Of a stretch of 32,000 nucleotides of DNA, positions 15,781-24,377 are shown piece after piece. The DNA is taken from assembly GCF_003065365.1 (NCBI RefSeq), contig NZ_CP023276.1:897231-929230 (forward strand), given 5' to 3'. The translations under genes were made by a program, and so were the position numbers. The DNA is from Polynucleobacter difficilis (GTDB taxonomy: Bacteria; Pseudomonadota; Gammaproteobacteria; Burkholderiales; Burkholderiaceae). Each line of letters starts with the position of its first letter. Position 1 is the stretch's first letter. The notes under the pieces are model-generated. The model did no database searches, was not told the origin of the DNA, and saw nothing but the letters and a program-made list of their open reading frames with translations.

Positions 15781-16679
15781 CGGTATTTGGCTTTTTCTCT
15801 TTTAGCCCAGGCCGTTTGTTTAGCTAAGACTTGATGAAACTCATCCGCATTAAATTTAACTGCATAAGGATGCTTGGCATTACTGGGAAAAATACCCCGT
15901 GCAGCATTTTCAGCAACCATATTGGCGTTAAGTAGTGCACGACTAGTGACGATCGTGAGTGTTTGCCTTGCCTGTGAAGTTAGAGTAGTTTTTTTAGTAG
16001 CTTTAGGGTCAACTTCATTGCTATAGGTTTTACTAACTTGTGCTTCTGCACCAATGCGCCATAGCTCACTTTCATTGTGCAGTGCTCTTAGCCATAATGT
16101 CTTAATACCGATCTTTAAGGTTTGTAAGTGCGTTTTCTTTTGTATGAGCTGGTATTGAGCTTTTGATTGCGTTGGCTTATTGCTAATACTGTTAGATAGT
16201 ATTTGGGTAATTTCGGTGATCAAGCGGCTACGTTTAATATTCAGTGGAACAGCTATCAGCAAGGTATCGGGTTCGCCTGTCTCTGCCCAGTCATTGCGAA
16301 TGTACTTTTCAACATTTTCTAAGACGCTCTTTACTTCTTTATTGCTTGTTAATTTAGAAATGGATTTAGGGCTGGGCCTTTTGGTAGGCGTACCCATTAA
16401 TGCAAGACCAGTATTAATCCACCAGGGCTTAAAGAGTTTCTGTTGGAGATTGCCAAAATCATCAAATACCCTCAGTACCTGGTCGAAGTCTTTTGGCAGA
16501 CGCTGCCTATCTAGTGCCGAGAGTTTGCCTGTCCGATGGAGCCTAGCAAGTTCATAACTAGGGCTGAGTCTCAGGTATTCAAACCAATATTGATAGAGCA
16601 CCTGCATTTCCGCATAGCGATTTTTGCCAACAAAGTCTTTGGCTTTAATACGCAGTTGTGGAGGGGTCTTAAGGCTCAT
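15777..16679 (-). CDS. Hypothetical protein, 300 aa
   Basis: It is a clean ATG ORF. It is divergent from the ATPase operon and overlaps the recombinase gene tail-to-tail by 4 nt. The N-terminal YQYWFEYLRLSPSYELA is faintly like the W.WEFLRRNP.Y motif of DUF6499/DUF2285 mobile-element regulators. That resemblance is weak. Confidence 0.5.
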   Translation of the reverse strand: MSLKTPPQLRIKAKDFVGKNRYAEMQVLYQYWFEYLRLSPSYELARLHRTGKLSALDRQRLPKDFDQVLRVFDDFGNLQQKLFKPWWINTGLALMGTPTKRPSPKSISKLTSNKEVKSVLENVEKYIRNDWAETGEPDTLLIAVPLNIKRSRLITEITQILSNSISNKPTQSKAQYQLIQKKTHLQTLKIGIKTLWLRALHNESELWRIGAEAQVSKTYSNEVDPKATKKTTLTSQARQTLTIVTSRALLNANMVAENAARGIFPSNAKHPYAVKFNADEFHQVLAKQTAWAKREKAKYR

Positions 16680-16783
16680 AATTATTAACAGAATAGCATA
16701 AAAATTATCTAGTTAATCTATGAAATAGTTAATATATGAGATCCTTCAAATACAGCAATTTCGCTGTGTATAAGGAGCTAATA

Positions 16784-17635
16784 ATGTTAGAAACGATCAC
16801 AAAAATTAATGAATCAATTAACTATGCTGCTGTGGCAGATATCCTGCAAGATCCCATCTTTAAGCCAAGTCTTCGTAAGCGCATTGATGAGGTGCGTGAA
16901 TATAACGAAGATGCTCAAGAGTTTTTGCGTGACGTAGTCGCTGGTGCACATCGTGCGGCTATTATCTACGGCCCTCCGGGCATGGGGAAGACCCATGCAA
17001 TTGTTGAGGCACTTAATAGTGCCGGCCTACAAGAACTTAATGATTTCATTATTGCAAGAAGTCATACAACCCCTGGAATGTTGTATGTATTACTCTATCT
17101 GATGCGTAAGCACGGCAAGTATGTCATTTTAGATGATTGCGATGGCATTATTGCTGACGAAACTGGCCTTAATTTATTAAAAGGGGCTACCGATCCAACT
17201 TATCGTTGGGTGGGATGGTCATCTACAAAAGAGTTGCGCAATCCAACTAATGGAAAATCGTTGCCCAGTAGTTTTGAATTTAATGGCACAGTGATTGTGT
17301 CTACAAACGTGCGTTTAGCCAGCGGACGGGGACGTATTGCTAACCACATGGATGCTCTGCGTAGTCGTTCCGCACCATTTTCTTTAAATTTAGAGAGTCG
17401 CGAGGATCAGTATGCTCAGATATTTCATATGATCGTTGAAAAGGACTATCTTGCAGCTGATGTAAATACTGAAATTAAAAATGAGCAGAAAGTTGAGCTT
17501 CTCAAGTTTTTATTAGAAAACTTGGATATACCTCGTAGACTTGATCTTCGCCTGCCTCAGCACATCGCTCGAGCCATGAAGGCAAAGCCTAATAATTGGC
17601 AGCGTCAAGCTCGTCGCTTCTTGGAGGCTGCATAA
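16784..17635 (+). CDS. AAA+ ATPase of the clamp-loader-like clade, 283 aa
   Basis: AAGGAG lies 6 nt upstream of the ATG at 16784. Walker A is IIYGPPGMGKTH, Walker B is YVILDDCDG, sensor-1 is TVIVSTN, and MDALRSRS is an SRC-like arginine-finger box as in RFC/DnaX-type loaders. Confidence 0.75.
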   Translation: MLETITKINESINYAAVADILQDPIFKPSLRKRIDEVREYNEDAQEFLRDVVAGAHRAAIIYGPPGMGKTHAIVEALNSAGLQELNDFIIARSHTTPGMLYVLLYLMRKHGKYVILDDCDGIIADETGLNLLKGATDPTYRWVGWSSTKELRNPTNGKSLPSSFEFNGTVIVSTNVRLASGRGRIANHMDALRSRSAPFSLNLESREDQYAQIFHMIVEKDYLAADVNTEIKNEQKVELLKFLLENLDIPRRLDLRLPQHIARAMKAKPNNWQRQARRFLEAA

Positions 17636-18387
17636 TGACCAGATCAAAAGAGCGCAGTATTGAGTGGCTGTTATCGCTAAGTCCTGCGCAATTTAATTCA
17701 GCTACATTTGCTCCAGGGAATACAAAGTGGCGCGCTTCATTATCAGATGAGCAAAAAGCTGAATTTGCTCGTAAGTTAAGTATCGCTAATAAGGGCAAAG
17801 TTCGTAGTCAGGAAACACGCAACAAGATTAGCTTGGCAAAGCTAGGAAAACCTAATCCAAGAAAGCCTGGATGGGTAGCTCCACCGTCGCCATTGAAAGG
17901 TAAACCTGGGGTTGTCCATACTGAAGCAACTAAGCTAAAAATCTCAATAGCCAATAAAGGTCGCCTTAATGGCATTAAGCGTGGCCCACAAAGTGATCAA
18001 ACTAAGGAGAAGTATTTACTCAGTAAAATTGAAGCTGGCTTAACTACGAGGTGTCAAACACCATTGGGTATTTTTAGAACTCGTGCTGAGGCTGCTAGAG
18101 CTCATGGCGTTGATCCTGTTTCAATATCAAATTGGATGAGGAAAGAAAAGCCTGGATTTTTTTACTTAGATAAAAAAGATATTGACAAATGTAAGCGAGA
18201 TCGTGAAGAGTGGCTAAACCATTTAGCATCTAAACCAAGCTTAAGAAGAGGTCGCTCTGTCAAAACGCCATTAGGAGATTTTCCCAGTATTCGTTCAGCC
18301 GCAAAAGCTATCGGAATTGATCAATCAACACTGTCCGATAGAATTAAGCGAGACTGGAATGGTTATGCGTTTATTAATAAAAAGTAA
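17635..18387 (+). CDS. DNA-binding protein built from NUMOD3 repeats and two IENR1/NUMOD1-type HTH modules, with no nuclease domain, 250 aa
   Basis: The ATG overlaps the ATPase stop (TAATG), with GGAGG upstream. The repeats are KLSIANKGKVRSQETRNKISLAKLGK and HTEATKLKISIANKGR. The HTH-like modules are TPLGIFRTRAEAARAHGVDPVSISNWMRK and TPLGDFPSIRSAAKAIGIDQSTLSDRIKR. No GIY-YIG or HNH motif is visible. Confidence 0.7.
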   Translation: MTRSKERSIEWLLSLSPAQFNSATFAPGNTKWRASLSDEQKAEFARKLSIANKGKVRSQETRNKISLAKLGKPNPRKPGWVAPPSPLKGKPGVVHTEATKLKISIANKGRLNGIKRGPQSDQTKEKYLLSKIEAGLTTRCQTPLGIFRTRAEAARAHGVDPVSISNWMRKEKPGFFYLDKKDIDKCKRDREEWLNHLASKPSLRRGRSVKTPLGDFPSIRSAAKAIGIDQSTLSDRIKRDWNGYAFINKK

Positions 18388-18389
18388 CA

Positions 18390-18863
18390 TTAAGCAAATC
18401 CAGCCAAACTTAACTGTTTTTCAACATCCCTAAAGGCCAACTCCGTGTTGGCCTTTTTTACATCCTTTGTACTTGGGGACACAAAGACGTATTTGCCTTG
18501 TGTAGTCACTTTGATCTCCACCAGGCCTAGCTGCGTATTAAATTGGTAGATGGCTGTAAATCGCGGAACTAGTTCACCTTTGTAGGACTTATGCGTGACT
18601 GACAACTTGGCTTTGGCTGCCTTTGGCAAGGTCCAATAATCATTCAAATCCGTATCGCAGCGTTTAATTAAAGTCTTCACTGCCGCTAGGGCGTCTTTCT
18701 TGGATAACTTTTTGAGCTGCGGCAGTTCCTTGGTTAAATCCTCACCAGCTTCTAGTCTGGTTTTAACCTGCTTAAAGTGCGACAAATCACAAGCTCGCTC
18801 TATGCTTTGTTTTAAAGCGCCATCGGCTTTACGTTCAAAGAAGGTCTGAATAAATGGAGTCAT
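18390..18863 (-). CDS. Hypothetical protein, 157 aa, downstream of the integrase on the same strand
   Basis: It is a clean ATG ORF, Lys-rich, with no recognisable motif. Confidence 0.45.
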   Translation of the reverse strand: MTPFIQTFFERKADGALKQSIERACDLSHFKQVKTRLEAGEDLTKELPQLKKLSKKDALAAVKTLIKRCDTDLNDYWTLPKAAKAKLSVTHKSYKGELVPRFTAIYQFNTQLGLVEIKVTTQGKYVFVSPSTKDVKKANTELAFRDVEKQLSLAGFA

Positions 18864-18912
18864 CAGATCACCATAGCCGTGGGATATCTTTGAAAGTAGT
18901 GCGCTTTTGTCA

Positions 18913-20295
18913 TTAACTTACTTTCGCCAGTGATTTATTGAGCTCGTCTTTGAGCTCTTTAGTGGCTTTGGCATTGGCTTCATTTAGTGGCAAATAGATG
19001 CCAGTAGTTGCCCCTACTAAGCTCATCACATCGCTACGTACTGGACTTGGGTTCATGTAGCGCAAAATCTCTTCACTGGCAGCAGTCTTATCATTTGGAA
19101 TGCTGCCTGCCAATTGCTCAGCAATCATCAGTGGTTTGAGATGACTGTAATGACGCTCAATCATCAAAATACTCGTACCCATCTGATTAGCGAGCTGCCC
19201 AAAACTCATGCCTTCTAATACTCGCTGCGTAGCGTAGTAGTGGCGCAGGCTATACAAACTTCTTGATTTGCCATCTTTATCGCTTTTGCTCAAACCAGCA
19301 GCCTCTAAGCAATCAGCAAAAGCGCCCACTAAGTCATAGGGGCGATTGCCATCGCGCATTCTAAAAAGCAGCTTATCTTCCTTTTTTGCTACCAACTCTT
19401 CTAAAGTCAGTTTGGAGTAAGCGGGTTGAAATTCACGCAGCTTGTCTAGCAAAGGCCAAAGCTCGTTTCTAGCAATCAGTTGTCTACTGCCACGTTTACC
19501 TTGTGGCAAGGTGATGTGAATAACTCGCATCGTAGGCTTTTGAATAAATTCAATATTCTTCCACTTAAGCTCTTTAGTCTCGGTGCCTGGGCGAACACCG
19601 GTACAGGCAATGAAGGTGATGTACAAGCCCAGTAGCTCGCGAAGCTGCTGACTCTTGACATTCTTAGTGGCTTGTATCCAACCTCTAATAAATGTCTGCA
19701 GCTCAATCAATTCATCGGTACTAAAGATCCCACGAGTCGCATTAGCTTCACCGGTATTTTTAAGGCTAGGGCGCTGACTCTCAGTCATGTACTTCTTTTC
19801 AACTGCGTAATCAAATACGTAATTGAGGGCAGCATTATGGTTATTTTGGGTTGAAGCCTTAAGCTCATAGCCAACCTTTTCCGTGCGCCAACGGTGAAAG
19901 TCCGAGACGACATCAGGCGTTATGCGGTCGATATTGAACTTGCCAAGGAAGGGGGTTAAGTAGCTATCAATGGCACGGTAATAGTCGGCATAACTCTTCT
20001 TGCCGGTACCGGCTTTGACCTCGGCCTTTAGGCGGTTGCTCACTATTTCAGCAACGGCTTTGAACTTCTTGCTAACGACAGCCAGTCCTCGTTTATCAAG
20101 CACTCTAGCTTCGTGATAAATGTCCTCGGCAATCTGTGTTGCTTCAGTTAAATCAGCAGTTCCAGTCGTTTTACGGTACCAAGTTTTACTAGACCCGATT
20201 TTGTAATGCACTTGCCAAAAGCCCGAACGATTTCGACGAAAAAGGCGCAATTCCTTTTTACGCAGTATGATGCTAGAGTCCTGACTGGCTGGCAC
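18913..20295 (-). CDS. Tyrosine integrase (phage-integrase family), 460 aa, GTG start
   Basis: There is an N-terminal arm/SAM-like region (FRRNRSGFWQVHYKIG) and a catalytic domain (CTGVRPGTE ... LRHYYATQRV ... MGTSILMIERHYSH). It sits next to the tRNA-Asn 3' end. Confidence 0.85.
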   Translation of the reverse strand: MPASQDSSIILRKKELRLFRRNRSGFWQVHYKIGSSKTWYRKTTGTADLTEATQIAEDIYHEARVLDKRGLAVVSKKFKAVAEIVSNRLKAEVKAGTGKKSYADYYRAIDSYLTPFLGKFNIDRITPDVVSDFHRWRTEKVGYELKASTQNNHNAALNYVFDYAVEKKYMTESQRPSLKNTGEANATRGIFSTDELIELQTFIRGWIQATKNVKSQQLRELLGLYITFIACTGVRPGTETKELKWKNIEFIQKPTMRVIHITLPQGKRGSRQLIARNELWPLLDKLREFQPAYSKLTLEELVAKKEDKLLFRMRDGNRPYDLVGAFADCLEAAGLSKSDKDGKSRSLYSLRHYYATQRVLEGMSFGQLANQMGTSILMIERHYSHLKPLMIAEQLAGSIPNDKTAASEEILRYMNPSPVRSDVMSLVGATTGIYLPLNEANAKATKELKDELNKSLAKVS

Positions 20296-20353
20296 TTTGC
20301 TGTTTTTATAGGGTATTAATTTATAGCAATAGTAGCATCAAACTTGAAATTGA

Positions 20354-20375
20354 AGTGCGCTAAGAGTGCGCTAAG
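20354..20375. repeat. Tandem direct repeat, 2 x 11 bp (AGTGCGCTAAG), between the integrase start and the tRNA terminator
   Basis: Read directly: agtgcgctaag agtgcgctaag. Confidence 0.8.
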
Positions 20376-20388
20376 TTATTTTAAGGGT

Positions 20389-20419
20389 AAAAAAATAGCC
20401 CGCATCGCTGCAGGCTATT
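20389..20419 (-). terminator. Intrinsic terminator downstream of tRNA-Asn
   Basis: The reverse strand reads AATAGCCTGCA-GCGA-TGCGGGCTATT followed by TTTTT. This is an 11-bp stem (one G-U pair), a GNRA tetraloop and a T-run, 19 nt after the tRNA CCA end. Confidence 0.75.
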
Positions 20420-20437
20420 GATTTTGCTACTAATTCT

Positions 20438-20513
20438 TGGCTCCTCGACCTGGGCTCGAACCAGGGACCTACGGATTAACAGTCCGGCGCTCTACCGACT
20501 GAGCTATCGAGGA
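20438..20513 (-). tRNA. tRNA-Asn (anticodon GUU), 76 nt, CCA encoded
   Basis: The reverse strand reads TCCTCGATAGCTCAGTCGGTAGAGCGCCGGACTGTTAATCCGTAGGTCCCTGGTTCGAGCCCAGGTCGAGGAGCCA. The acceptor stem is TCCTCGA/TCGAGGA, the anticodon loop is CTGTTAA and the T-loop is GGTTCGAGCC. Confidence 0.95.
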
Positions 20514-20560
20514 ATTGCGTAAGCCAATATCATACAACATCTTCCATTTTTGCCTTAAAT

Positions 20561-21481
20561 ATGCGCTTTATCGACCTACGTGTAATGCTGTACCTGATGC
20601 TGGCTGCCTTGCTATGGGCGGGTAATGCCGTGGTTGGTCAGTTGCTGGTTGGGGAGATATCCCCCTTGTTGCTGAGTACCGTCCGATGCTTGGTTGCCAT
20701 TGCAGTGTTATTGCCATTTGGTGTATCGATTTTGAGGGCCAACAGCCCGCTCTGGCAGAATAAAAAACGCTTTCTCTTGCTCGGTTTGTTTGGGGTGGGC
20801 GGTTACAACATGCTGCTCTACTTGGCCATTCAGACATCAACCCCCATTAATGTGACCTTGATCGGGGCAAGCATGCCCATTTGGATGCTATTGATAGGCG
20901 CTTTGTTTTTTGGCAATCGACCGAATGCTTACCAAGTCATCGGCGCCTTGATTTCTATTTTGGGGGTATGCATTGTTCTCTCGAGAGGGGACTGGCTGGC
21001 CATATTGCAAGTCCAGTTTGTATATGGTGACTTGCTGATGGTTTTGGCAACCATTCTCTGGGCGTTTTACAGTTGGATGCTGACAAAGCCGGGGGGCAGC
21101 TCGGAACGGAGTTGGCCTTGGAACGCTTTCTTACTCGCCCAAGTTTTATTTGGCTTAATTTGGTCTTCTGCATTTACCGTAGTGGAGTGGCAGGGCGGTT
21201 ATATGCATTTTGAGCCCAGTATTTTGGTCTGCATACTCATTCTGTATGTAGCTATCGGGCCATCCTTGATTGCATATCGCTGTTGGGGTTTGGGCGTTGC
21301 CAAAGCAGGGCCAACGGTAGCGGCTTTCTTTGCTAATTTCATACCCCTTTTTACCGCCATTCTCTCCACGTTGATTCTGGGAGAATCCCCTCAGGGCTTT
21401 CATGGACTCGCCTTTTTATTGATTGTGATCGGAATTGGCTTGTCGGCAACATTAAAACCAAAAGAGCGTATTTCGAACTAA
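20561..21481 (+). CDS. EamA/DMT-family transporter, 306 aa
   Basis: It is a hydrophobic protein of about ten transmembrane segments with two EamA-like halves ([11 protein letters not shown]..., [10 protein letters not shown]...). Confidence 0.8.
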   Translation: MRFIDLRVMLYLMLAALLWAGNAVVGQLLVGEISPLLLSTVRCLVAIAVLLPFGVSILRANSPLWQNKKRFLLLGLFGVGGYNMLLYLAIQTSTPINVTLIGASMPIWMLLIGALFFGNRPNAYQVIGALISILGVCIVLSRGDWLAILQVQFVYGDLLMVLATILWAFYSWMLTKPGGSSERSWPWNAFLLAQVLFGLIWSSAFTVVEWQGGYMHFEPSILVCILILYVAIGPSLIAYRCWGLGVAKAGPTVAAFFANFIPLFTAILSTLILGESPQGFHGLAFLLIVIGIGLSATLKPKERISN

Positions 21482-21490
21482 GATAGGAAT

Positions 21491-22384
21491 ATGAAAACCA
21501 GTAAAAAAACCTCAGTTCGTATTCCTAAAATACTCACGATTGCCGGCTCCGATAGCGGTGGTGGAGCAGGTCTGCAGGCGGATCTCAAGGTGATTACCGC
21601 CTTAGGTGGATACGGCATGACGGTGGTGACTGCAATCACTGCACAAAACACCCTCGGCGTGACTAAAATTCAGGGGATCGATCTGGATGTGATTGATGCG
21701 CAAATTGATGCAGTAGTGAGTGACATAGGCGTAGATGCAGTCAAAATTGGCATGCTTTCCAGTCCCGAGATTGTGCACTGCGTTGCTGCGGCATTGCGTC
21801 GCCATGCCATCAAAACCATCGTGCTGGATCCCGTCTTACGTGCAACATCCGGTGCAAGCTTGGGAGGCGATGCAACCGCGCGTGCCATGCGCGAGGCTTT
21901 GTTTCCGCTGGCAACGGTGATTACGCCCAATATGGAAGAGGCCTCCATATTGCTTGGCCGTCCAATTTCAGAGCCTACCGACTTTGAGCAGGCTGCCCGT
22001 GATTTGATCGAAATGGGCCCGGACGCGGTATTGATTAAGGGCGGACACCTCGATGCAAAGCATACGCAGCTGATGGATTTTTTGATGTGGCGAGCAATTG
22101 ATGAGGATGGTAAAAAAATCCTAGAACAGAAAAAACTCCTGCATTACCGTGTCAATACACCCAACACCCACGGCACTGGCTGCTCTCTGGCATCGGCGAT
22201 TGCAACCTATTTGGCGGACGGTCATGACCTTAGCCATGCTGTTGCAAAAGGAATCGCTTATGTTGAGGCGGGACTGGAAGCAGGCGCTTATCTCAGTATT
22301 GGTCAAGGCTCGGGTCCGCTATGGCATATGCATGCGTTTTATCCAACCGTATTACCCGACGACATCGATCCTGCAATCGCTTAG
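21491..22384 (+). CDS. thiD: Hydroxymethylpyrimidine / phosphomethylpyrimidine kinase ThiD, 297 aa
   Basis: [30 protein letters not shown] and [11 protein letters not shown] are canonical ThiD motifs. It starts 9 nt after the EamA stop. Confidence 0.9.
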   Translation: MKTSKKTSVRIPKILTIAGSDSGGGAGLQADLKVITALGGYGMTVVTAITAQNTLGVTKIQGIDLDVIDAQIDAVVSDIGVDAVKIGMLSSPEIVHCVAAALRRHAIKTIVLDPVLRATSGASLGGDATARAMREALFPLATVITPNMEEASILLGRPISEPTDFEQAARDLIEMGPDAVLIKGGHLDAKHTQLMDFLMWRAIDEDGKKILEQKKLLHYRVNTPNTHGTGCSLASAIATYLADGHDLSHAVAKGIAYVEAGLEAGAYLSIGQGSGPLWHMHAFYPTVLPDDIDPAIA

Positions 22385-22392
22385 CTAATTTT

Positions 22393-23340
22393 CTACGCAG
22401 TTTTTGCTTGCGCCATGAGTTGGGTCAGGCGCTTTATCGCGGCCTCTGGCTTATCAGATCCTGTAATTGCACGCACTACCGCCACCGATCCCACGCCAGT
22501 TTGAGCGACGGATTGGATTGTGCTTTCATCAATACCGCCAATGCCAACCAGGGGATAGTGGTGCATGAGTTGCGCATATTTGCGTAGCCGCCCAAGTCCT
22601 TGAGGTGCAGTTGGCATTCGCTTTAACTGCGTTGGAAAGACAGCGCCCATGGCAATGTAACTGGGTAAGAATGAATCGGCATAGACCATCTCAGCATAAC
22701 CATGTGTACTTAAACCCAAACGCAAACCGGCTTTGCGAATGGCGTCCAAATCAGCCAGCGCTAGGTCTTCTTGGCCGAGGTGCACGCCATAGGCCCCCGC
22801 ATCAATCGCTTCACGCCAATAGTCGTTAATAAACAGAAGGGTCTTGCTGCCTTGGACAGCGGCAACGGCAGCATTGATTTCTGCCATGAGGCGACCGCGA
22901 TCAAGAGTGCCTTCTGCTTTGTAGCGTAACTGAACGGTGGGCACTTTGGCATCGACCATGCGCTTAACCCATTCTGCATTCGGCAAGACTGCATAAAGCC
23001 CAAGTGCGTGCGGGCATTCAGGGAAGGCGCTGGCATTGGATTGGTGCGGTGTTGGCATTAAATCAAAGTACTCTGGCAGGCTTGGCCAACTGGCCGGATT
23101 AAAGCCGCCAGCATGATGCGCCATGCGCGACCATGCCTTGCCTAAAACCCGTGCATCAGTTTCAATAAAGCCCATTTGGATAGCAGCCAAAGCGCCAGCC
23201 AGTTCGTAATGATCACCAGCGTGTGTATTGTCTAATGCGGGAGGTAGTTGATGAATGCTGGACTCAGCAACGGCAATGGCTAGATCATCTTGCTGATGGC
23301 AGGTAACAATTTGTTCAGCGAGATCGCGAATGAGGCTCAT
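22393..23340 (-). CDS. thiE: Thiamine-phosphate synthase ThiE with an N-terminal extension of about 110 aa, 315 aa
   Basis: The C-terminal 200 aa are TMP-synthase-like ([52 protein letters not shown]). The ATG at 23340 overlaps the thiG stop (ATGA). The TTG at 23355 in the track is less likely. Confidence 0.85.
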   Translation of the reverse strand: MSLIRDLAEQIVTCHQQDDLAIAVAESSIHQLPPALDNTHAGDHYELAGALAAIQMGFIETDARVLGKAWSRMAHHAGGFNPASWPSLPEYFDLMPTPHQSNASAFPECPHALGLYAVLPNAEWVKRMVDAKVPTVQLRYKAEGTLDRGRLMAEINAAVAAVQGSKTLLFINDYWREAIDAGAYGVHLGQEDLALADLDAIRKAGLRLGLSTHGYAEMVYADSFLPSYIAMGAVFPTQLKRMPTAPQGLGRLRKYAQLMHHYPLVGIGGIDESTIQSVAQTGVGSVAVVRAITGSDKPEAAIKRLTQLMAQAKTA

Positions 23341-24152
23341 GAGGTCTGATGCCAAAACGGGGTGCCAACCAAAGGGGTGCTGGCTTGCGCTGAACTTTGC
23401 GCCTGCATTGCACCGGATAAGTAGGCTGCCCGACCAGCATCAACTGCCTTGGCAAACGCAGTGGCCATTGCCACGGGATTGTCAGCTAGGGCTACTGCGG
23501 TATTAAGTAAAACGCCATCGAAGCCCCATTCCATGACAGTGCAGGCATGCGATGGTAAACCGAGGCCGGCATCCACTAAGAGCGGTACCTGCAGGCGTTC
23601 ACGCAATAGTTTCATGGCATAGGGATTGAGTGGCCCCTGGCCCGTACCGATCGGCGCCGCCCATGGCATTACCGCTTGGCAACCGACGTCTACTAAGCGT
23701 TGGCAGAGGATTAAGTCCTCGGTGCAATAGGGCAAGACCTTGAAGCCATCTTTAATCAGGGTTTCGGCAGTTTGCACTAAGCGCAAAGTATCGGGTTGAA
23801 GGGTGTAATCATCGCCAATTAATTCGAGCTTAATCCAGTCGGTCTCAAATACCTCGCGGGCCATTTGGGCTGTCGTAATGGCTTCTTGGGGGCTGTGGCA
23901 GCCGGCCGTATTCGGCAACACGGGGACGGCCATTTTTTTGAGTAAATCCCAAAAGCCACTATGCGTTTCAGTAGTCGATGTGCCTTGGCGCCGAAGGCTA
24001 ACGGTGATCATCCCTGGGTTTGCTAGCGCAACCGCATTTTCCAGAATTTGCGGCGATGGATAACGCGAGGTACCGAGGAGCAAGCGACTTGCAAAGGTCT
24101 CACCATAGAGAACCAATGCATCGCTAGTAGAAAGGGGGAGTGAAGTCGTCAT
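23337..24152 (-). CDS. thiG: Thiazole synthase ThiG, 271 aa
   Basis: [41 protein letters not shown] and VDAGLG are canonical ThiG motifs. Confidence 0.92.
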   Translation of the reverse strand: MTTSLPLSTSDALVLYGETFASRLLLGTSRYPSPQILENAVALANPGMITVSLRRQGTSTTETHSGFWDLLKKMAVPVLPNTAGCHSPQEAITTAQMAREVFETDWIKLELIGDDYTLQPDTLRLVQTAETLIKDGFKVLPYCTEDLILCQRLVDVGCQAVMPWAAPIGTGQGPLNPYAMKLLRERLQVPLLVDAGLGLPSHACTVMEWGFDGVLLNTAVALADNPVAMATAFAKAVDAGRAAYLSGAMQAQSSAQASTPLVGTPFWHQTS

Positions 24153-24179
24153 GGGTACAAATTTGTTAGCGAAGGCGGA

Positions 24180-24377
24180 TTAACCGCCGGTGACCGGGGC
24201 AATGATTTCAACCTGATCGTTTTCCTGCAAGATGTATTCAGCATGGCGCGTCTTGGGTACAAATTGCAAATTAACAGCAACGGCATAGGGCGGCTTCGCC
24301 TCGATCACCGCCAGGAGATCAGTAATGCAACTATTGCTTGGCAGATCGCGCGGAATTTGATTGGCTATGACGCGCAT
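24180..24377 (-). CDS. thiS: Sulfur-carrier protein ThiS, 65 aa
   Basis: It is a small ubiquitin-like protein ending in VTGG, located between thiO and thiG. Confidence 0.85.
   Translation of the reverse strand: MRVIANQIPRDLPSNSCITDLLAVIEAKPPYAVAVNLQFVPKTRHAEYILQENDQVEIIAPVTGG

Larger units (their letters stand above)
12102..20437. mobile_element. Integrase-associated genomic island, about 8.3 kb, adjacent to the 3' end of tRNA-Asn; the distal boundary is not defined
   Basis: A large tyrosine integrase lies directly downstream of the tRNA 3' end. A second small recombinase is present. The genes have mixed orientation, are mostly unknown and include DUF6876-like mobile-element genes. I could not find a direct repeat of the tRNA 3' end, so the left limit at 12102 is only the first non-kps base. 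Confidence 0.55.

Noticed and set aside
16180-16557. 125-aa plus-strand ORF antisense to the 300-aa gene
   Set aside because: It is embedded antisense, with no SD and a Leu/Ser-rich shadow composition.
20568-21403. Antisense ORFs inside the EamA transporter gene (20568-20840, 20955-21173, 21155-21403)
   Set aside because: They are embedded in a coherent 10-TM transporter frame and have shadow-ORF composition.
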